This document shows positions 43,954-48,107 of a DNA stretch of 48,107 bases, in pieces. A program made the translations under genes and the position numbers. Position 1 is the stretch's first letter; every line of letters begins with the position of its first letter. Location of the stretch: contig JAWLHK010000009.1 in the NCBI GenBank assembly GCA_041690355.1, positions 124,001-172,107 on the forward strand, given 5' to 3'. This DNA comes from a bacterium. GTDB taxonomy: Bacteria > J088 > JAWLBW01. The notes beneath the pieces were generated by a model. The model had not been told where the DNA came from. It saw only the letters and a program-made list of their open reading frames with translations, and did not search any database.

Positions 43954-45720
43954 TTGGCACACGACGAGGAACAGCAGGGCAAGGCCTACGACCGCACGCT
44001 GGTGCGGCGGCTGCTCCCCTATCTGCGCCCCTACCACCGGGCGATTCTGGGGTCGGTGCTGCTGGTGCCGCTGCTGAACGCATTTCAGCTCGTGCAGCCC
44101 TACCTGGTCAAGGTGGCCATCGATCGGCACATCGCCGTGCGCGACCCCGACGGGCTGCTGCTCATCGCCCTCGCCTTCTTTCTTTCGCTCGTCTTCGAGT
44201 TCATCGCCCAGTACGGCAACATCTACCTGCTCAACTATACCGGCCAGGCCGTCGTGCGCGACCTGCGCGCCCACCTGTTCGACCACGTCCTGAGCCGCTC
44301 GTCGGCCTTCTTCGATCGTTCGCCCGTGGGGCGCCTGCTCACCCGGGTGACGAACGATCTGGAAGGGGTGAGCGAAATGTTCGCGTCGGGCATCGTGACG
44401 CTCTTCGCCGACCTGTTCAAACTCATCGGCATCACGGCCATCCTGCTCTGGCTCAACTGGCGGCTCGCTCTGGCCACCCTGGTGGTCGCGCCGATCCTCT
44501 TCGTGGTCGTCGAGCGCATCCGCGGCGAGCTGCGCAACGGCTTCCGCGAAGTGCGCCAGCGCACGGCCCGGCTGAATGGATTTCTGGCCGAATCGCTGTC
44601 GGGCATGGACATCGTCCAGGTCTTCGGGCAGGAAGAGCGCATCGGGCAGGAGTACGCGCGACTGGGAGCCGAGTACCGCGACTCCGCCTATTCCACGATC
44701 AAGTACGACGCGATTCTCTATGCCGTCGTCGAGTTCTTTTCGTCCGTCGCCGTCGCCATCATTCTCTGGTACGGCGGCATTCGCGTCATCGCCGGCGCGC
44801 TCACCTTCGGCGAACTCGTCGCCTTCATCAGCTACATCCGCATGTTCTTCGAGCCGATTCGCGATCTGTCGGCCAAGTACGCGACCATGCAGAGCGGCAT
44901 GGCGAGCCTCGAGCGCGTGTTCCGCCTCTTTGACGAGTCTGACGCCATCACCGACGGGGGCACGGCTGCCCCCGTGGCGGCCGGGCGCGGCGCCGACATC
45001 CGCTACGACGGCGTCTGGTTCGCTTACCACGACGAAGAGTGGGTCCTGAAAGACCTTTCCTTCTACGCGGCCCCCGGCGAGCGCATCGCCCTCGTAGGCG
45101 CGACCGGTTCGGGCAAGAGCACGACGATCAAGCTGCTCAGCCGCTTCTACGAGCCGCAGCGCGGGAGCATCCGCGTCGACGGCGTTGCGCTGGCCGCGCT
45201 CCCCCTGCAGGCCCTGCGCCGGCGCATCGGCGTCGTGAGCCAGGACGTCTTTCTCTTCTCGGGAACGATTCTCGACAACGTGCGCCTGTTCGACGAATCG
45301 ATTCCGCGCGAGCGGGTCCAGGCCGCCTGCGAGATGGTTGGCCTGCTCCCCATGCTCGAACGCCTGGGACGCGGGCTCGACGACGAAGTCCTCGAACGCG
45401 GGCGCAACTTCAGCCAGGGGCAGCGGCAGCTGCTCAGCTTCGCGCGAGTGCTCGCCTTCGACCCCGATGTGCTCGTGCTCGACGAAGCCACGAGCTCGGT
45501 CGACCAGGAGACCGAGCACCTCATTCAGGTCGCCCTCGAAAAGGTCATGGAGGGGCGCACGTCGCTCATCGTCGCGCACCGGCTGGCCACCATCCGCCAC
45601 TGTGATCGGATCCTCGTCTTCCACCACGGCGAACTGCGCGAAGCGGGGAGCCATGACGAGCTGATCGAACGGCGCGGGCTCTACGAGAAGCTGCACCGGC
45701 TGCAGGCCGAAGAGGTCTGA
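43954..45720 (+). CDS. ABC exporter subunit 2 (MdlB/YheH-like)
   Basis: TTG start after GGGGAG; GATGSGKST, FSQGQRQ, LDEATSSVD, AHRL. Confidence 0.92.
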   Translation: MAHDEEQQGKAYDRTLVRRLLPYLRPYHRAILGSVLLVPLLNAFQLVQPYLVKVAIDRHIAVRDPDGLLLIALAFFLSLVFEFIAQYGNIYLLNYTGQAVVRDLRAHLFDHVLSRSSAFFDRSPVGRLLTRVTNDLEGVSEMFASGIVTLFADLFKLIGITAILLWLNWRLALATLVVAPILFVVVERIRGELRNGFREVRQRTARLNGFLAESLSGMDIVQVFGQEERIGQEYARLGAEYRDSAYSTIKYDAILYAVVEFFSSVAVAIILWYGGIRVIAGALTFGELVAFISYIRMFFEPIRDLSAKYATMQSGMASLERVFRLFDESDAITDGGTAAPVAAGRGADIRYDGVWFAYHDEEWVLKDLSFYAAPGERIALVGATGSGKSTTIKLLSRFYEPQRGSIRVDGVALAALPLQALRRRIGVVSQDVFLFSGTILDNVRLFDESIPRERVQAACEMVGLLPMLERLGRGLDDEVLERGRNFSQGQRQLLSFARVLAFDPDVLVLDEATSSVDQETEHLIQVALEKVMEGRTSLIVAHRLATIRHCDRILVFHHGELREAGSHDELIERRGLYEKLHRLQAEEV

Positions 45721-45722
45721 GC

Positions 45723-46457
45723 GTGCCGGAAACGGTTACGCTAGACTCCACCCTGTCGGCCGCCGACGCCGTGCGCGCCCTCGAAGCGCTCGCCGACCCC
45801 GACCGGGCGGCCCACGCGCAACGCTTCTTCCGCACTGAACCGGGCGGATACGGCGAGGGCGATCGCTTTCTGGGGCTTACCGTGCCCCAGGTGCGGACCA
45901 CGGCGAAACCGTTCCGCGCCCTGCCCTTGAAGGAATTGCGGACGCTGTTGCGGAGTCCGTGGCATGAAGCGCGACTGCTCGCCCTGGTCGTGCTGGTGGA
46001 ACGGTTCCGCAGGGCCGACGAGGCGGAGCGCGCCGCCCTCCAGAAGCTCTATCTCGTAGAAAAGCGGCATGTGAACAATTGGGATCTGGTCGACGTCTCG
46101 GCGGAACACATCCTGGGTCCGCTTCTCGCCGCCGGCCAGAGCGACCTGTTCGACACCCTGCTCGCATCCGCGCGCGTCTGGGAGCGCCGCCTGGCCGTGC
46201 TCGCGGGATTCCACACCATCCGCCAGGGAAACACGGCGCCGACGCTGGCGATGGCCGAATTCCTGCTCGCCGACCGGCACGATCTCATCCACAAGGCGGT
46301 CGGCTGGATGCTGCGCGAGGCGTGGAAACGCACGCCCGAACCGGTCGAAGCGTTCCTTCGGAAACACCAGCGCGCCATGCCCCGCACCATGCTTCGCTAC
46401 GCCATCGAAAAGCTGCCTCCGGCCCGGCGGAGAGCTTTTCTCGACGGGACGGCCTGA
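45723..46457 (+). CDS. DNA alkylation repair protein (AlkD-like)
   Basis: FFRT.PGGYGEGDRFLG, HEARL, NNWDLVD, WERR, HKAVGWMLRE, MPRTMLRYAIE. Confidence 0.9.
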   Translation: MPETVTLDSTLSAADAVRALEALADPDRAAHAQRFFRTEPGGYGEGDRFLGLTVPQVRTTAKPFRALPLKELRTLLRSPWHEARLLALVVLVERFRRADEAERAALQKLYLVEKRHVNNWDLVDVSAEHILGPLLAAGQSDLFDTLLASARVWERRLAVLAGFHTIRQGNTAPTLAMAEFLLADRHDLIHKAVGWMLREAWKRTPEPVEAFLRKHQRAMPRTMLRYAIEKLPPARRRAFLDGTA

Positions 46458-46562
46458 GCGGCGGTCCGCCTCGCACTGCATCAATTTCTTGACGCATCGG
46501 GTCGTGCGCGAGGCGGCCATTCGGCGTACACTGATTGCCGAACCGACTTCAGGAGACGACGC

Positions 46563-47498
46563 ATGCTTCGTACACGTTCGCTGACCACTCTTGCACTGTT
46601 GCTGGCAGGCATGGCTCTCACGTCGACGTCCGGTTGCGTCTGGCAGAGCGAATACGCCAAGCTCGAAAAGAAATACAATCGCACCCGGCTGGCGCTCGAA
46701 GACGAAAAGCAGGCGCGCGAACAGGCGAGCGCCGATCTGGAAGCGGCGCGCAAGAACATCGAGATGATGCAGGCCAACCTGAATCAGGTGCAGGCCGCCC
46801 GCGACAAGGCCATCCGCGATCTCGAGGCCGAACTCCTGAAGGCCCGCGAGAGCGGCAGCGCGCGCGCCGCCGAGCTGCAGCTGGCGCTCGACACGGCCAA
46901 GCAGGAACGTGAGGTGCAGATCTCGACCCTGCAGGAAGAACTCGAACGCGCCCGCGAAGAGGCCCGCCGCAAAGCCGAAGAGCTCGCCCGCGTCAACCGC
47001 ACCTACGAAGACCTCATGAAGGGTCTGCAGGAAGAAGTCGAGCAGGGGCGCGTGACGATCACCAACCTGCGCGGCAAGCTCACCGTGAACCTCATCGACA
47101 AGATTCTTTTCGATTCGGGTTCTGCTGACCTGAACGCCGACGGCAAGAAGGTGCTCGACAAGGTGAGCGACGTGCTCAAAGACGTCAAGGGGCGGCGCAT
47201 CAGCGTCGAAGGACACACCGACGACGTGCCGATTTCGCGCGCCGCCCGCGACCGGTTCCCCTCGAACTGGGAGCTCAGCGCCGCCCGTGCGAGTACGGTC
47301 GTGCGGTATCTGGTCGAGCGCGGGGTGCCCCCCGAAAAACTTTCGGCGGTCGGCTATTCGATGTTTGCGCCGGTGGCGGCCAACGACAGCGAAGACAACC
47401 GCCGGCTCAACCGCCGCATCGAGATCGTGCTGACGCCCGAAATTCCGGTGGTCGAGCCGCCCGCCGACGAGGCCGAGCGAAAAGCAAACAGCCTCTGA
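46563..47498 (+). CDS. OmpA/MotB-family lipoprotein with a long coiled coil
   Basis: Lipobox TSGC; coiled coil; ILFDSGSA, VEGHTDD, NWELSAARA, NRRIEI. Confidence 0.9.
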   Translation: MLRTRSLTTLALLLAGMALTSTSGCVWQSEYAKLEKKYNRTRLALEDEKQAREQASADLEAARKNIEMMQANLNQVQAARDKAIRDLEAELLKARESGSARAAELQLALDTAKQEREVQISTLQEELERAREEARRKAEELARVNRTYEDLMKGLQEEVEQGRVTITNLRGKLTVNLIDKILFDSGSADLNADGKKVLDKVSDVLKDVKGRRISVEGHTDDVPISRAARDRFPSNWELSAARASTVVRYLVERGVPPEKLSAVGYSMFAPVAANDSEDNRRLNRRIEIVLTPEIPVVEPPADEAERKANSL

Positions 47499-47537
47499 CG
47501 GGTCGCACACGGCCGTTGGGGCGGGCTATACTGAGGG

Positions 47538-48107
47538 ATGACCTCGGTTCGCAACTCTGCACTCTGCCCCAACTGCCGCGGGCTCATCAGCCTCGACGAA
47601 GATCACTGCCCCTACTGCGGCCTGCGCCAGCCCGGGGCCCGGTGGAAACAGTCGGGCCTGATGCGCGCCCTCGGCGACGACCAGGGTGTGATTCGCACGC
47701 TCATCGGCGTCAACGTCGCGGTCTTCGTGTTCTCGCTGCTGCTCGGATTTCTGCTGGGCCGCGGCGGCGGGAGCGGATTCGGCCTGTTCGGCGCGCTGTC
47801 GCCGGATCCCCTCAGTCTGCTGCTGCTCGGCGCATCCGGAACGGTGCCGATTGCCGGCGAGGGGCGCTGGTGGACGCTGCTGTCGGCCAACTACCTGCAC
47901 GGCGGCTTCTTCCACATCGCCTTCAACATGTTCGCCGTCGCCCAGATTGGCCCGCTCGTCGCGCGCGAGTACGGCGCCTACCGCATGTTCACGATCTACA
48001 CGATCGGCGGCGTGCTCGGCTACCTCGTGTCGTACTGGGCCGGCGTGCAGTTCACCGTCGGCGCCGCGGCGGCCCGCGGTGCGCGCCGCGGCGCGGCGGG
48101 CTATTAC
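47538..48107 (+). CDS. Rhomboid intramembrane protease with N-terminal zinc ribbon (truncated by the window edge)
   Basis: Manual translation: CPNCR...CPYCG, then WWTLLSANYLHGGFFHIAFNM and EYG. Confidence 0.88.
   Translation, partial: MTSVRNSALCPNCRGLISLDEDHCPYCGLRQPGARWKQSGLMRALGDDQGVIRTLIGVNVAVFVFSLLLGFLLGRGGGSGFGLFGALSPDPLSLLLLGASGTVPIAGEGRWWTLLSANYLHGGFFHIAFNMFAVAQIGPLVAREYGAYRMFTIYTIGGVLGYLVSYWAGVQFTVGAAAARGARRGAAGYY

Noticed and set aside
42174-45720. Defective ABC transporter (Walker B DD, FSQGQ signature)
   Set aside because: One degenerate ATPase site is normal for heterodimeric ABC exporters.
48062-48107. Apparently inactive rhomboid (VGAAAARGARRG instead of the catalytic GAS motif)
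   Set aside because: The anomalies are all explained by T-to-G changes (tcg>gcg, ctc>cgc, tgt>ggt) in the last ~45 nt. This pattern is typical of low-quality read or contig ends; restoring T gives VGASAALCALLG.

Overview
High-GC bacterial chromosomal segment. DUF4388 proteins, a stand-alone M17 N-terminal domain and a class II phosphodiesterase suggest a deltaproteobacteria/Myxococcota-like lineage; this is an inference from gene content. No integrase, transposase, rRNA, tRNA or CRISPR array was recognised. Most genes are housekeeping: ymdB, tatD, leuA, tesB, pepA, ribD-ribE-ribBA-ribH-nusB-cdsA, mutM, a HesB/IscA protein, a peroxiredoxin, rlmB, pyrF, yhaM, dksA, galU, a heterodimeric ABC exporter, and AlkD-like, OmpA/MotB and rhomboid genes. 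Most notable observations: (1) three tandem KGG stress-peptide genes behind an ECF-type promoter, directly upstream of a RimK-family ligase, with the adjacent peptide ending in -SEE like the RimK substrate RpsF; (2) a short, regulatory-domain-less leuA behind a 4xLeu leader peptide whose Leu codons can pair with the leuA Shine-Dalgarno, as in the actinobacterial LEU element; (3) a 2351-aa modular lipoprotein; (4) a tandem pair of AbrB-like/DUF4388 proteins; (5) 25-bp heptamer-built inverted repeats bracketing three genes; (6) a probable ATC start codon; (7) several apparently leaderless genes. All family assignments come from motif recognition by eye, not from database searches.
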